From the NCBI GenBank assembly GCA_965216635.1, contig OZ244188.1, forward strand, positions 576,001 to 640,000: a DNA stretch of 64,000 bases. Direction: 5' to 3'. This document shows positions 9,118 through 19,362 of the stretch, piece by piece. Position 1 is the first letter of the stretch; every line of letters starts with the position of its first letter. The stretch is from a bacterium (lineage in GTDB: Bacteria > SAR324 > XYD2-FULL-50-16 > G965216635). The position numbers and the translations under genes were made by a program. The notes under the pieces were generated by a model. It had not been told where the DNA came from. It saw only the letters and a list, made by a program, of their open reading frames with translations, and did not search any database.

Positions 9118-10593
9118 ATGTTAACGCCTCAGCTAATACAAAAAATCACGCAAGCAGAATGCTTTTTTGTTCCCCAAAAATGGCAAGAAAAAGATTGGAG
9201 AAAAACTTTGTGTGGTGCTGCTTTTGATACAAGAACTCTAAAAAAAGAACAAATTTTTTTTTGTTGGAAAGGCGAGCAAGTAGAAGGAAAAAGGGCAGAT
9301 GGACACTCCTACTTAAAGCAGTTACAAAAAAGTCCCATTCGCTTGGTAATTATAGAAAAATCTTTTGCGTTTCAAGAAATATTTAATTCACCTGCAAAAA
9401 TCGGTTTTGTTATTTTAAAAGTAAAAAACAGCAGAGAAGCTCTACACAAAATTGCTAGTTTTGTAGCAAAAAATTTTTCAGGTAAAATTGTAGCTGTCAC
9501 TGGCTCCAGCGGAAAAACTACGGCAAAAAATTGGTTAGCTACAGTTTTAGCAAAAAAATATAAAGTTTTGGAGAGTTATGGGAGTTTTAATAATTTGATT
9601 GGCTGCCCCATAAGTCTTTTGTCTTTAAAAAAAGAAAACCTTGTTGTGCTTGAAATGGGAACTTCAGAAAAAGGAGAAATTGCCAAGCTCGTCAATATTA
9701 TTCAACCTCATTATTCTGTTCTACTCAATGTAGGGCTTGCCCATTTGAAATACTTCAAAAATCTCAAAACAACCTACCAAGAAAAAACAGCTATTTTTTC
9801 TTCGTCCCGTCTAAAACGAGGATTTTATAGCTCTAGCATTACTCCTAAGCCTAAGCAAAAAAAACTATCTAGATTTGGTGCTGCATCTTCTTATAACTGC
9901 GATCTATTAAAAATAAATTTAAAAAAAAAAAAAACTTTATGCAAAATTCAATTTAAGCAAAACAAAGAAGAACTAGATTTTTCCGTTTTGGGTTATCACT
10001 TAAAAGAAACAATTTCTATGCTCCTAGCGGTAGCGGATGCTTTAGGATTGAGTTGGCAACAAATAAAAACGCGACTAAAAAAATTGAGTCCAGTAGCAGG
10101 TAGAATGAAAATTTTAGCTAGAAAAAATAATCGTTTTATTATAGATGATAGTTATAACGCCAACCCAAATTCTGTAATTAACTTGCTAAATACCGTTGCG
10201 CTTTGCACGGGATATAAAAAAATTGTAGTGATTGGTTTTTTAGCAGAATTAGAAAAGGATTTAAAAACAACGGTAAAATACTTAAAAAAAAATATCCCTA
10301 AGGGTATAGATAAAATTTATTTTAGTGGCAAGACTGGAAAAATTTTGGCAGAGCAGCTATCCAAGCTAAACTCTATAGAATTTGCTAAAATAGAATCTAC
10401 CAGTAAAGAATCTACCAGTAAAGAATCTACCAGTAAAGAAGCTACCAGTAAAGAATCTACCAGAATAGAGTTTATTGGGGACAAAGCAAATCTGCTACAA
10501 AAAATAAAAAAAGAATTTACCAAAAATAGCGTGCTCGCCATTAAAGGTTCTAGGGTTGCTAAGTTAGAAAACTTATTAAGTAGAATTGTATGA
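9118..10593 (+). CDS. murF: UDP-MurNAc-tripeptide D-Ala-D-Ala ligase with a 5x KESTS insertion
   Basis: FDTR, DGH, AVTGSSGKTT, SFNN.IG.P, LEMG, DDSYNANP, KGSR. Confidence 0.92.
   Translation: MLTPQLIQKITQAECFFVPQKWQEKDWRKTLCGAAFDTRTLKKEQIFFCWKGEQVEGKRADGHSYLKQLQKSPIRLVIIEKSFAFQEIFNSPAKIGFVILKVKNSREALHKIASFVAKNFSGKIVAVTGSSGKTTAKNWLATVLAKKYKVLESYGSFNNLIGCPISLLSLKKENLVVLEMGTSEKGEIAKLVNIIQPHYSVLLNVGLAHLKYFKNLKTTYQEKTAIFSSSRLKRGFYSSSITPKPKQKKLSRFGAASSYNCDLLKINLKKKKTLCKIQFKQNKEELDFSVLGYHLKETISMLLAVADALGLSWQQIKTRLKKLSPVAGRMKILARKNNRFIIDDSYNANPNSVINLLNTVALCTGYKKIVVIGFLAELEKDLKTTVKYLKKNIPKGIDKIYFSGKTGKILAEQLSKLNSIEFAKIESTSKESTSKESTSKEATSKESTRIEFIGDKANLLQKIKKEFTKNSVLAIKGSRVAKLENLLSRIV
10392..10463 (+). 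repeat. 15-bp in-frame tandem repeat x5 inside murF
   Basis: AGAATCTACCAGTAA units. Confidence 0.9.
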
Positions 10594-11876
10594 CTAACGG
10601 ACAAAAATTTATAGTCCAAGGAGGCAGAACTCTTTCTGGTTCTATCCGACCTGCTGGCAATAAAAATGAAGCTCTTCCTCTTCTAGCAGCTAGTTTGCTG
10701 ACAGAAGAAAATTTGATTTTACACAATATTCCTCAGATTTTAGATGTCCTTTCTATGAATAAAATTTTAGAAATTTTAGGTGTAGAAATCAGCCATTTTG
10801 AACAAAATAGCCAACAACTCAAAGCTGTAGATATTAAAAAAATTTCCTTACCAGTGGAGCTTTGCCAAAACATACGAGCATCTTTTTTATTACTCGCACC
10901 TCTTTTGCACCGCTTTGGAAAGGTAGAAATTCCTTTACCCGGTGGAGATAGCATCGGAACAAGAAGGCTAGACAGTCATTTTTTGGCACTCAAAAAAATG
11001 GGGATTTCCTACACAAGAAAAGGTAAAATTTATCACTTAGAAGCGAAAAAAATCAAAGGAGCAGATATTCTTTTAGAGGAAGCGAGTGTGATGGCAACAG
11101 AAAATTTGATAATGGTTGCTGTTTTAGCTACAGGTACGACCACTATTTACAACGCTGCTTGCGAACCGCATGTGAGAGGTTTATGTAAAATGTTGCAAAA
11201 AATGGGAGCTAAAATAGATGGTATAGGTAGTAATTTTTTGACGATTGAAGGTGTGAATAGTCTAACAGGAACAGTCTATAAAATAGCACCAGATCATATA
11301 GAAATAGGCTCTTTTATTAGTCTAGCAGCTACTTTACAATCTGAAATTATTATTTTAGAAGGTTGTTTGGCCGATTTAGGTTTAATCCTTCCCACTTTTC
11401 GTAAACTTGGTATTGTAGTAGAAAAACAAGGAGAAGATTTAATCGTTAAAAAAAACCAAGAAATGGCAATTTGCTACGATGATAGAAATTTAATCCCCAA
11501 AATAGACGATGCGCCTTGGCCCGGATTTCCAGCAGATTTAATCAGTATTATGGTAGTGACTGCTTCGCAGTGTAAAGGGAATTTGCTTATCTTTGAAAAA
11601 CTTTTTGAAAGTAGACTTTTTTGGGTGGATAAACTCATCAGTATGGGAGCACAAATAGTGCTTTGCGATCCACACCGTGCTTTGATTAGCGGACATACTC
11701 CTTTACACGGAGAAACCCTTACTTCGCCTGATATTAGGGCAGGGATGGCTTTGTTGATAGCAGCTCTTTGCGCCAAAGGAGAAAGTCAAATTTTTAATAT
11801 CCACCAAATTGACAGAGGTTACGAAAAAATAGAACAGAGGTTGCAAGATATAGGTGCGGAGATAGAAAGAAAATAA
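10590..11876 (+). CDS. murF-adjacent murA: UDP-GlcNAc 1-carboxyvinyltransferase (Asp at the fosfomycin-target Cys position: LPGGDSIG)
   Basis: GNKNEALP, RAS, PGGD.IG.R, NAACEPH, PWPGFPAD, DIRAG, IDRGY. Confidence 0.95.
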   Translation: MTNGQKFIVQGGRTLSGSIRPAGNKNEALPLLAASLLTEENLILHNIPQILDVLSMNKILEILGVEISHFEQNSQQLKAVDIKKISLPVELCQNIRASFLLLAPLLHRFGKVEIPLPGGDSIGTRRLDSHFLALKKMGISYTRKGKIYHLEAKKIKGADILLEEASVMATENLIMVAVLATGTTTIYNAACEPHVRGLCKMLQKMGAKIDGIGSNFLTIEGVNSLTGTVYKIAPDHIEIGSFISLAATLQSEIIILEGCLADLGLILPTFRKLGIVVEKQGEDLIVKKNQEMAICYDDRNLIPKIDDAPWPGFPADLISIMVVTASQCKGNLLIFEKLFESRLFWVDKLISMGAQIVLCDPHRALISGHTPLHGETLTSPDIRAGMALLIAALCAKGESQIFNIHQIDRGYEKIEQRLQDIGAEIERK

Positions 11877-11882
11877 ATTAGC

Positions 11883-12676
11883 TGAATTAGACATTCTAGT
11901 TCAGCTATACTGCGTTAAAAAAAAAATTTAACTCTTGAAATATTACATATATTCCTGCGAGCTAAATTTTTTTTTTGCCTTGTCTAGCTTTCCTATAATG
12001 CCTAATTCTAGTTCAGCTATACTGCGGTTAAAAAAAAAATTTAACTCTTGAAATATTACATATATTCCTGCGAGCTAAATTTTTTTTTGCCTTGTCTAGC
12101 TTTCCTATAATGCCTAATTCTAGTTCAGCAAAACAGGCTTATTGCTTTCACTCTATACAGGATTTAGCAAAAGCTCCACTGGAGCTTTTGCAGTCTATAT
12201 TGTATTAACTTTAAGTTTTGCAGTGTTTTGCTATACGCCGTTAAAAAAAAAATTTAACTCTTGAAATATTACATATATTCCTGCGAGCTAAATTTTTTTT
12301 TGCCTTGTCTAGCTTTCCTATAATGCCTAATTCTAGTTCAGCAAAACAGGCTTATTGCTTTCACTCTATACAGGATTTAGCAAAAGCTCCACTGGAGCTT
12401 TTGCAGTCTATATTGTATTAACTTTAAGTTTTGCAGTGTTTTGCTATACGCCGTTAAAAAAAAAATTTAACTCTTGAAATATCCTCTTACTGCTATCTAT
12501 TTCATAAGGGTTATAGTAAAAGCTCCACTGGAGCTTTTACACTTCGCTTTCGCTAAATGCAAATTATAGAGTGTTTTTCACTACGATATTCCAGCGAGCT
12601 AAAAATTTTTTTCGCACCTGTTCTAACCATTTGGCTAGCCGTCACAGCAGGTTTTGTCCTATTTGGCAAATTCAAA
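11883..12676 (+). repeat. Head-to-tail concatemer of four palindromic elements (112, 112, 213 and ~345 bp)
   Basis: Units restart at ATTCTAGTTCAGC at 11893, 12005, 12117 and 12330. Confidence 0.9.
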
Positions 12677-12739
12677 AACAAATGAAAAAAAGAGAATTTT
12701 TCACTTTTTTTATAAAAATATCTCTTACAATTTTATTAT

Positions 12740-13669
12740 TTATTCGGTAAATCCTAGCATAAGATTCATATTCTGGACAGCGGAGCTAGAGGAGCCTTTA
12801 CCAAGATTGTCTAAAATAGCAATTAAAGAAAATCTATCTTCGTTGCCATAAATGGCAATTTTTAATTGGTTGGTTTCATTACAAAGGCAGGGGTTTAAAA
12901 AACCATCTTGCAGTAGAGTTTCGTCGTTTATTTCGGATACTGAAATAAAGGTTTCGTTTTTGTAACGTCCTTGGTAGCAGGCTTGTATTCTTTTCCAATC
13001 CAAATTTTTACCTGTTGTGTTTTTAGATAGGGGAATTTGCACTATCATTCCTTGCATAAAATTTCCTACTAGGGGGAAAAAATGTGGGCTGTTTTTGAGT
13101 AGTGAGTATTTTGTGATTTCCGGCAGGTGTTTGTGGTTTTGTGCTAAAGCGTAGGCTTGAGTGGGAATTTGTTTTTTGTTGTGAACAGTCAAGTGTTTTG
13201 CGATTAAATCTTTACCACCACCAGAATAACCAGAAAGAGCGGAAATAAAGTAGCAGTTGTCGGGTGTGAGAATGCCTTGTTCTCTTAAAGGGCGTAGCAA
13301 AGAAATAACTCCCAAAGCGTAACAACCAGGGTTGCTGATGTATTTTGCTGTTTGAATTTGCTCTCTTTGCCCGTGACTCATTTCTGCAAACCCATAGACC
13401 CAATCGGGATGGACTCTATGGGCTGTGCTAGCGTCTATGATTTTTGTGGCTGGGTTTTGCACGAGTGAAACCGTTTCTTTAGCAGCAGCATCGGGCAGGC
13501 ATAAAATTACTAGCTCGCATTGATTGATAATTTCTTTTTTTTTTTTTGTATCTTTTTTTTCTGCTTCTTTTAGCTGTAATAGTGTAATTGTTTTTTGCTT
13601 CGCTAGTTTTTCTTCTATTAACAAACCTGTAGTGCCGCTTTTACCATCTATAAAGACTGTGGGTTTCAT
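12740..13669 (-). CDS. argC: N-acetyl-gamma-glutamyl-phosphate reductase (type 2)
   Basis: VFIDG..GTTGL, LCLPD, DASTAHR, SNPGCY, SGYSGGGK, DNLGKG. Confidence 0.95.
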   Translation of the reverse strand: MKPTVFIDGKSGTTGLLIEEKLAKQKTITLLQLKEAEKKDTKKKKEIINQCELVILCLPDAAAKETVSLVQNPATKIIDASTAHRVHPDWVYGFAEMSHGQREQIQTAKYISNPGCYALGVISLLRPLREQGILTPDNCYFISALSGYSGGGKDLIAKHLTVHNKKQIPTQAYALAQNHKHLPEITKYSLLKNSPHFFPLVGNFMQGMIVQIPLSKNTTGKNLDWKRIQACYQGRYKNETFISVSEINDETLLQDGFLNPCLCNETNQLKIAIYGNEDRFSLIAILDNLGKGSSSSAVQNMNLMLGFTE

Positions 13670-13677
13670 AGTTTTTT

Positions 13678-14133
13678 TTATTTTGTTAATTCTAACCGCA
13701 TCTCACAACCCTTTTCTTTTTCTGCTAGATAGTTATCAAATTTTTTAGTAATTTCAAAACCTAGTTTTTTAAAAAAAGCAGTGGCAATTTTATTTTTTTG
13801 ATTTAGTTGCACTACCACAGCGTCTAGCTTGATGGATTTGCTGATTTCTTGCGAAAACAAGATAGTTTTTTCGCCCCATCCTTTTCTGCGATATTTTTTT
13901 TCAATGGATATAGAAATAATATCCATCCAGCCTTTGATTTTTTCAATTTTAAGGATTATGTAACCTATAATGGTCTTGTCATTTTTTAAGCAGTATGCTA
14001 CTGTGTCTGGGTGAGATAGAATAGAATGGAGTTGTTCTTTGGGAAGAGCAGTGTCTTTAGGCATATTTTTTAGTTCTAGCTCACAGATAGAATTTAAATT
14101 TTCTGGCTGAAAGGGTGTGATATGGACTGTCAA
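13678..14133 (-). CDS. GNAT acetyltransferase, RimI-like
   Basis: YRRKGWG motif A; N..A..FFKKLGF. Confidence 0.75.
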   Translation of the reverse strand: MTVHITPFQPENLNSICELELKNMPKDTALPKEQLHSILSHPDTVAYCLKNDKTIIGYIILKIEKIKGWMDIISISIEKKYRRKGWGEKTILFSQEISKSIKLDAVVVQLNQKNKIATAFFKKLGFEITKKFDNYLAEKEKGCEMRLELTK

Positions 14134-14158
14134 TTTTAAAAATTAGTAGTAAATTTTA

Positions 14159-14300
14159 TAGAGCTTTGAATTTCGCTGATGTGACGGCTAGGCAAGGCGA
14201 AAATTTGTAAAACAGCGGAGCATACACGCTAGTATGTGAGCATTTTTTACAAATTTTCTGGCGCTGCATAGGCTAAACAGAATGCAAATTCAAAAGTCTA
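14159..14300 (-). repeat. Palindromic element (A1 arms) with ERIC/RPE-1-like core
   Basis: TAGAGCTTTGAATTT...AAATTCAAAAGTCTA termini; core GAGCATACACGCTAGTATGTGAGC. Confidence 0.8.
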
Positions 14301-14335
14301 TAATAGTATAAAAACTTTATCATAAAATAATTAAA

Positions 14336-17300
14336 ATGAAAAAACAACAAAGCTTAACCAACCAAGGTGCAGAGAGACAAAAACTGATCAAACAAACGTT
14401 GGAGCAATTAAAGAAATCCCATAAAAAAGGGGATGTTGGTTTTTTTGTATTTTGTGAAAAAATTGTATCGGAGTATTCCTATACATTTTTAAAAAATATC
14501 TTAAAAATTGAATATTTTTATAACTATCACAAGGATCTTTATAATAAATTCGTTAAAAGTTTAGATCAAAAACTCTATGTCCGTGTGAGTCGTGATATTG
14601 GAATTAAAAATGAAGCTTATAGCAATCGTTTGACAGCGGAAGTGATTTTAAAAAATAGACCTTTTATTGTAGATAGCCTGCAACATTATTTTCTTAAGAA
14701 ACAATACTTCAACACTATCCAACTCATCCATCCAGTTATTTCTGTTGCTAAAGAAGGAGGTAAATTTTCTATCGTAGAAAATGGCAACCCAAAAGAAACA
14801 GAAAAATACTGTTTTGTGATTATTATGTTGGGTTGCTCTTACACTCAAGAAAAGGCGATGAAAACAATGCAAAAGGAAATTTCTACTATCTTGGAAAGCC
14901 TTATTGCAGCGACGGATGATTTTTCTGCTGTCCAAAATAGGCTACTGAATATAGCAGCAAATCATTCTATTACGGATGGCGAAAGAGGAGTGCAAAGACA
15001 TAGTCTCTATCAATGGATTGCAAAAGAAAATATGATTCTTTTGGGTTTAAATAGTCTTGTTTCCAGTAAAATTAAAGCAAATAAATCTTTGGAGTGGAAA
15101 GATTTTTATAAAAATCAAGGACTTTTTGCTTATAACCAACAAAACAACGAAAACAGGTTTTTAGCAGAATTGCAAGAGCATCTTGTGAGTTTTAAACAAA
15201 GTGATTTGTCTGTTGTTTTTATAGAATCTAAACATATTTCTGATATTCACACATCAGAGCCGCTGGTTTATATTATTAGTAGGGAGCACGAAGCAAAAGA
15301 GGAGCGGTTTTATTGTTTGATTTGTTTATTCACCAAAGCATCTAAACTGCTGGATATTATGAAAATTCCTCTGGTTTCCTACAAGTTGATGAATATTATT
15401 TTGGAAGACGATGCTTTAAAACAGGATAGTTACGCTTATAAAACTATTAGAGATTTTTTCAATGGTTTTCCTAAATACGAATGCTTTCGTATGGAAAAAG
15501 ATGAAATTCGTATTCTTTTAAATCAAAGCTCTTTTATTTGGGAACTTTCGCAAATAGAAACAGTTGTTTATTACCTAAAAAACAGAAACTACGCTCGTTT
15601 TGTAGTCTATATTCCAGTAGATACCTTAGTCAATAAAGATTTTGGAAGAATTACAGAATTAGTAGAAGCCTGTGTAGAGCATCCTATAAATAAGGCTTAC
15701 TGGTTTAGTTATGGTGGAGTTGTGCAGTGCCATTTTGTATTCTTTTTGCCTTGCGTGCATAAAGATTTTAGCAAAATCAATACGGCTATTATAGAAGGAC
15801 AGGTAAAATTGATTTTTGAAGAATGGGAGCAATCTTTAGTTTATGCCATAGATGACAATTTTAGCACTTCGGATGCTTCTAAAAATAAAGCCCGTTACCA
15901 AAAAGTATTTGATCAAGTTTTTCAGGCTGCTCATAGAGTGAAACGGGCTACTCATGATATGTCTTATTTCAATGAATTATTGGATAACAACCAAGAATCT
16001 GTAGATGTGATTGAATTAAAAGAAGATCAATCTCGCATTATTCTTTATACAGACCAGATATATTTGCTCAGTCAAATTTTACCTAAATTGCAACACCTTT
16101 CATTGAAGGTTATCAAAGAGGATTCTTACCGTCTAATCATTGAAGGCAGAACCTGTCGCAAACATACCTATAAAGTGGGGCATAAAAAATTGGGAAAAGA
16201 GCAAAGAAAGGTTTTTAAAAACAACCTCAGTGAAGCATTACTTGCCCTACTACAAGGCAGATTGGCGAACGAAAATCTCAACGGGCTTATTACCTGTGCG
16301 GGATTTGATTTTCAACAGGCTAATCTATTCACAGCTCTTAAAAAATATATGTATCAGTTAAAATTTAGCATTGATAGTAACCTTTTAGATAATATTGTTC
16401 TTTCTGAACCTGAGCTGGCTAGTAGCATGATGGAATACTTTGAAATTAAGTTTCAGCCTACTAAAGATGCGCAAAAAAATAGAGAAGAAAAATTGCTAAA
16501 GTGCAAAAATAAAATTTTAGAAAAAATTAGTCAATTGAAGACTCTTACAGAAGATACTATTTTCCGCAATTTTTTTAATTTTATGGAGTCGATGCTGAGA
16601 ACCAATTATTATACCAGAAAAATAGAAGAGGCTCTAGCTTTCAAAATAGAATGCGCTAAAGTTTTAATGATGAGAAATCCTAAACCCTTATATGAAATTT
16701 TTGTTTATGGTGTAGACATGTCGGGTATTCATTTAAGAGGTGGTAAAATTGCTAGAGGAGGTCTGCGTTTTTCTGACAGAAAAGAAGATTTTAGAACAGA
16801 AGTATTGGGGTTGATGTCTGCGCAGATGCTTAAAAATGCGGTGATTGTTCCCGAAGGCTCTAAAGGGGGTTTTGTCATAGAAGAAAAATTCAATACAAGA
16901 GAGCAGATGTTTGTCGTTGTAGAAAAACACTATCGTAGGTTTATCTCAGCCCTTTTGTCTTTAACCGGTAATTTTGCCGCTACTTATGGAGAAGAAAAAA
17001 AAGTAATGCGTCCCGAAAGTGTAATCTGCTACGATGATTATGATCCTTATCTAGTTGTAGCTGCAGATAAAGGCACAGCTCATCTATCCGATGTAGCAAA
17101 TGAAATCAGCAATGCAAAAGGCTTTTGGTTAGGTGATGCTTTTGCGTCTGGTGGCTCTATTGGGTACAACCATAAAGAAGTAGGAATCACTGCAAAAGGT
17201 GCATGGGAATGCGTCCGTATTCATTTTTTTGAGTTAGGTTTGGATATTCAAAACGAGCATTTTTCTGTTGTAGGTATTGGCGATATGGGAGGTGATGTTT

Positions 17301-19114
17301 TTGGAAATGGAATGCTACTCAGCAAGAAAATTTTACTCAAAGGAGCTTTTAACCATATCCATATTTTTATAGATCCTAACCCACCTAAAGATGATTCTGC
17401 TTGGAAGGAGAGAAAAAGACTTTTTGACACAACAGGCACCAGTTGGTTAGATTATAATAAAAAACTTATCAGTAAGGACGGAGGGATTTTTGAGAGAAGC
17501 TCTAAATCTATTGCTTTAAGTAAGGATTTAAAAGAAATGCTTGGAACAGAAAAATCTAAAGTGAGCGGTGAGGAATTAATTAGATTATTGCTTACTGCTA
17601 AAATTGATTTACTCTGGAATGGAGGAATTGGCACCTACATTAAATCAAAAAATCAAAGCCATGCAGATGTTAGTGACCCAAGTAATGATTCTGTGAGAGT
17701 AGATGCATCAGAGTTGCGAGCTAAAGTTATTGGAGAAGGCGGAAATCTTGGTTTAACCCAAAGTGCGAGGTTGGAATATTCACTCAGTGGAGGCAGAGTT
17801 AACGCAGATTCCATAGACAATTCTGCGGGTGTAAATATGTCGGATAACGAAGTGAATATTAAAATTATGCTAAGACAGTTGATGGAAAACAAGTTGATTA
17901 AAAACGAAAAAGAACGGGTTAAATTATTAGCAGATTTTACCGATGAAGTCACCGAATCCTGTCTTTTAAATAATCGTCACCAGAGCTATCTATTGAGTTT
18001 TTCTAAACTAGACGCTCAAAAAAACCTAGACTATTATATTGAACTCGTAGATTTTTTAGTGGAAAACAATCTTATAGATCCTCAAAAAGAAGAGCTACTC
18101 ACAGAAGAATTTATTTTAGAAAAGGGTTTGGGTATTCCTCGTCCTTATCTTTGTAGTCTTTTGAGTTATACAAAAATGTTTTTTTATAGAGAACTTTTGC
18201 CTTCTTTTCTGCCTGATGAAGATTATTGTCAAAAGTATCTTGTAGGATATTTTCCTGCTAGTATGGCGAAAAAATTTCCTCTTTTAAAATACAAGCACCA
18301 ACTTTATAGAGAAATAGTCACTACTGTTTTAATCAATAAAAATATCAACCAGTTTGGTATTCCTTTTCTTTATCTAATGAATAGATGGAGCAATCGCCCT
18401 TATGTTGTGATTATGCAGGCTTATATGATAGCCAACGATATTTTTGAAGCAGACCAAATTCGCGAATTCATTTTTACAAAACATGGAGGTAAAAATCTGC
18501 CAGATGCTTATAAATTGCTTTATAAATTGGAAACATTTCTTAAAGAAATTACTCTTTGGATTTTGCTGAATTTACCAACAGAAAAAATTAATTTTTCTTT
18601 GGTGAAACTTTATCAACCTTTATTGAAAAAAACCTATCTGTCTATTTTTCTTAACCAACAGGGCATTCAAAAAAATAGCAACGCAGAAAGCTTAAAAAAC
18701 ATTTTTGAGAATTTTGAAAACATAGAAACTCCATTGGAGACAGTTTATCTAATGCACAACCAAAAATTGAATCAAAAAGATGCAGAATATCTGTCTCAAG
18801 AAATAAGCCGTCTGTTAGGTCTTGTGATGGGAAAAAGGTTGACTACTATTAAACTCTCTTCTAACTACGGCAAACAACATATAGGTTTGTTATTACAAAA
18901 CCTCAATAGTCTAAAATGGGAAGTCTACGGTGTGGTATTAAAAAATTACAAGAAATTTTCGCAATTTAAAGGTGATTTTTTCCAATTCAAAGCTGGAGGT
19001 ATTTTAGAAAAAATCCATTCTAGCGAAGAATTTTTAGTAAAAAATTCTAAAGATACGGTTCATTTAGCAGCTATTCTTATAGAAGAAATAAAAGAACTAG
19101 TTGACAAAAAATAA
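14336..19114 (+). CDS. gdhB: Large NAD-specific glutamate dehydrogenase
   Basis: 1592 aa; GIHLRGGKIARGGLRFSDR, VVAADKGTA, GITAKGAWE, GIGDMGGDVFGNG, LWNGGIGTY, GEGGNLG. Confidence 0.95.
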   Translation: MKKQQSLTNQGAERQKLIKQTLEQLKKSHKKGDVGFFVFCEKIVSEYSYTFLKNILKIEYFYNYHKDLYNKFVKSLDQKLYVRVSRDIGIKNEAYSNRLTAEVILKNRPFIVDSLQHYFLKKQYFNTIQLIHPVISVAKEGGKFSIVENGNPKETEKYCFVIIMLGCSYTQEKAMKTMQKEISTILESLIAATDDFSAVQNRLLNIAANHSITDGERGVQRHSLYQWIAKENMILLGLNSLVSSKIKANKSLEWKDFYKNQGLFAYNQQNNENRFLAELQEHLVSFKQSDLSVVFIESKHISDIHTSEPLVYIISREHEAKEERFYCLICLFTKASKLLDIMKIPLVSYKLMNIILEDDALKQDSYAYKTIRDFFNGFPKYECFRMEKDEIRILLNQSSFIWELSQIETVVYYLKNRNYARFVVYIPVDTLVNKDFGRITELVEACVEHPINKAYWFSYGGVVQCHFVFFLPCVHKDFSKINTAIIEGQVKLIFEEWEQSLVYAIDDNFSTSDASKNKARYQKVFDQVFQAAHRVKRATHDMSYFNELLDNNQESVDVIELKEDQSRIILYTDQIYLLSQILPKLQHLSLKVIKEDSYRLIIEGRTCRKHTYKVGHKKLGKEQRKVFKNNLSEALLALLQGRLANENLNGLITCAGFDFQQANLFTALKKYMYQLKFSIDSNLLDNIVLSEPELASSMMEYFEIKFQPTKDAQKNREEKLLKCKNKILEKISQLKTLTEDTIFRNFFNFMESMLRTNYYTRKIEEALAFKIECAKVLMMRNPKPLYEIFVYGVDMSGIHLRGGKIARGGLRFSDRKEDFRTEVLGLMSAQMLKNAVIVPEGSKGGFVIEEKFNTREQMFVVVEKHYRRFISALLSLTGNFAATYGEEKKVMRPESVICYDDYDPYLVVAADKGTAHLSDVANEISNAKGFWLGDAFASGGSIGYNHKEVGITAKGAWECVRIHFFELGLDIQNEHFSVVGIGDMGGDVFGNGMLLSKKILLKGAFNHIHIFIDPNPPKDDSAWKERKRLFDTTGTSWLDYNKKLISKDGGIFERSSKSIALSKDLKEMLGTEKSKVSGEELIRLLLTAKIDLLWNGGIGTYIKSKNQSHADVSDPSNDSVRVDASELRAKVIGEGGNLGLTQSARLEYSLSGGRVNADSIDNSAGVNMSDNEVNIKIMLRQLMENKLIKNEKERVKLLADFTDEVTESCLLNNRHQSYLLSFSKLDAQKNLDYYIELVDFLVENNLIDPQKEELLTEEFILEKGLGIPRPYLCSLLSYTKMFFYRELLPSFLPDEDYCQKYLVGYFPASMAKKFPLLKYKHQLYREIVTTVLINKNINQFGIPFLYLMNRWSNRPYVVIMQAYMIANDIFEADQIREFIFTKHGGKNLPDAYKLLYKLETFLKEITLWILLNLPTEKINFSLVKLYQPLLKKTYLSIFLNQQGIQKNSNAESLKNIFENFENIETPLETVYLMHNQKLNQKDAEYLSQEISRLLGLVMGKRLTTIKLSSNYGKQHIGLLLQNLNSLKWEVYGVVLKNYKKFSQFKGDFFQFKAGGILEKIHSSEEFLVKNSKDTVHLAAILIEEIKELVDKK

Positions 19115-19289
19115 GAGTTATATTTTGATTGCTTTAGAGCAATAAAATTTTTTTAAAAAACTTCAACCATAGAGGTGCTATTGACGGTAGCTTTAAGTAA
19201 AGTAATTAATCTAATTAGTAACAGGTAGCAGTATTTTTTTACTTGTTATTTTTTTAAAATTTCATATAGAAATTTTTATTTTTTAATCA

Positions 19290-19333
19290 TTATCTGATTC
19301 TAAGGTAATTCCGAATTGCCAGAGATAAAAGAA
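19290..19333 (-). pseudogene. 3' remnant (LLSLAIRNYLRIR*) of a third pentapeptide-repeat membrane protein gene
   Basis: TTATCTGATTCTAAGGTAATTCCGAATTGCCAGAGA matches the gene ends at 21121 and 23205. Confidence 0.8.
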
Positions 19334-19362
19334 CTACTGAATTAGCGTGTTCCATTGATAAA

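Noticed and set aside
11883..12676. CRISPR array
   Set aside because: Units are >110-bp palindromes, the intervening modules are themselves repeated rather than unique spacers, and there are no cas genes.
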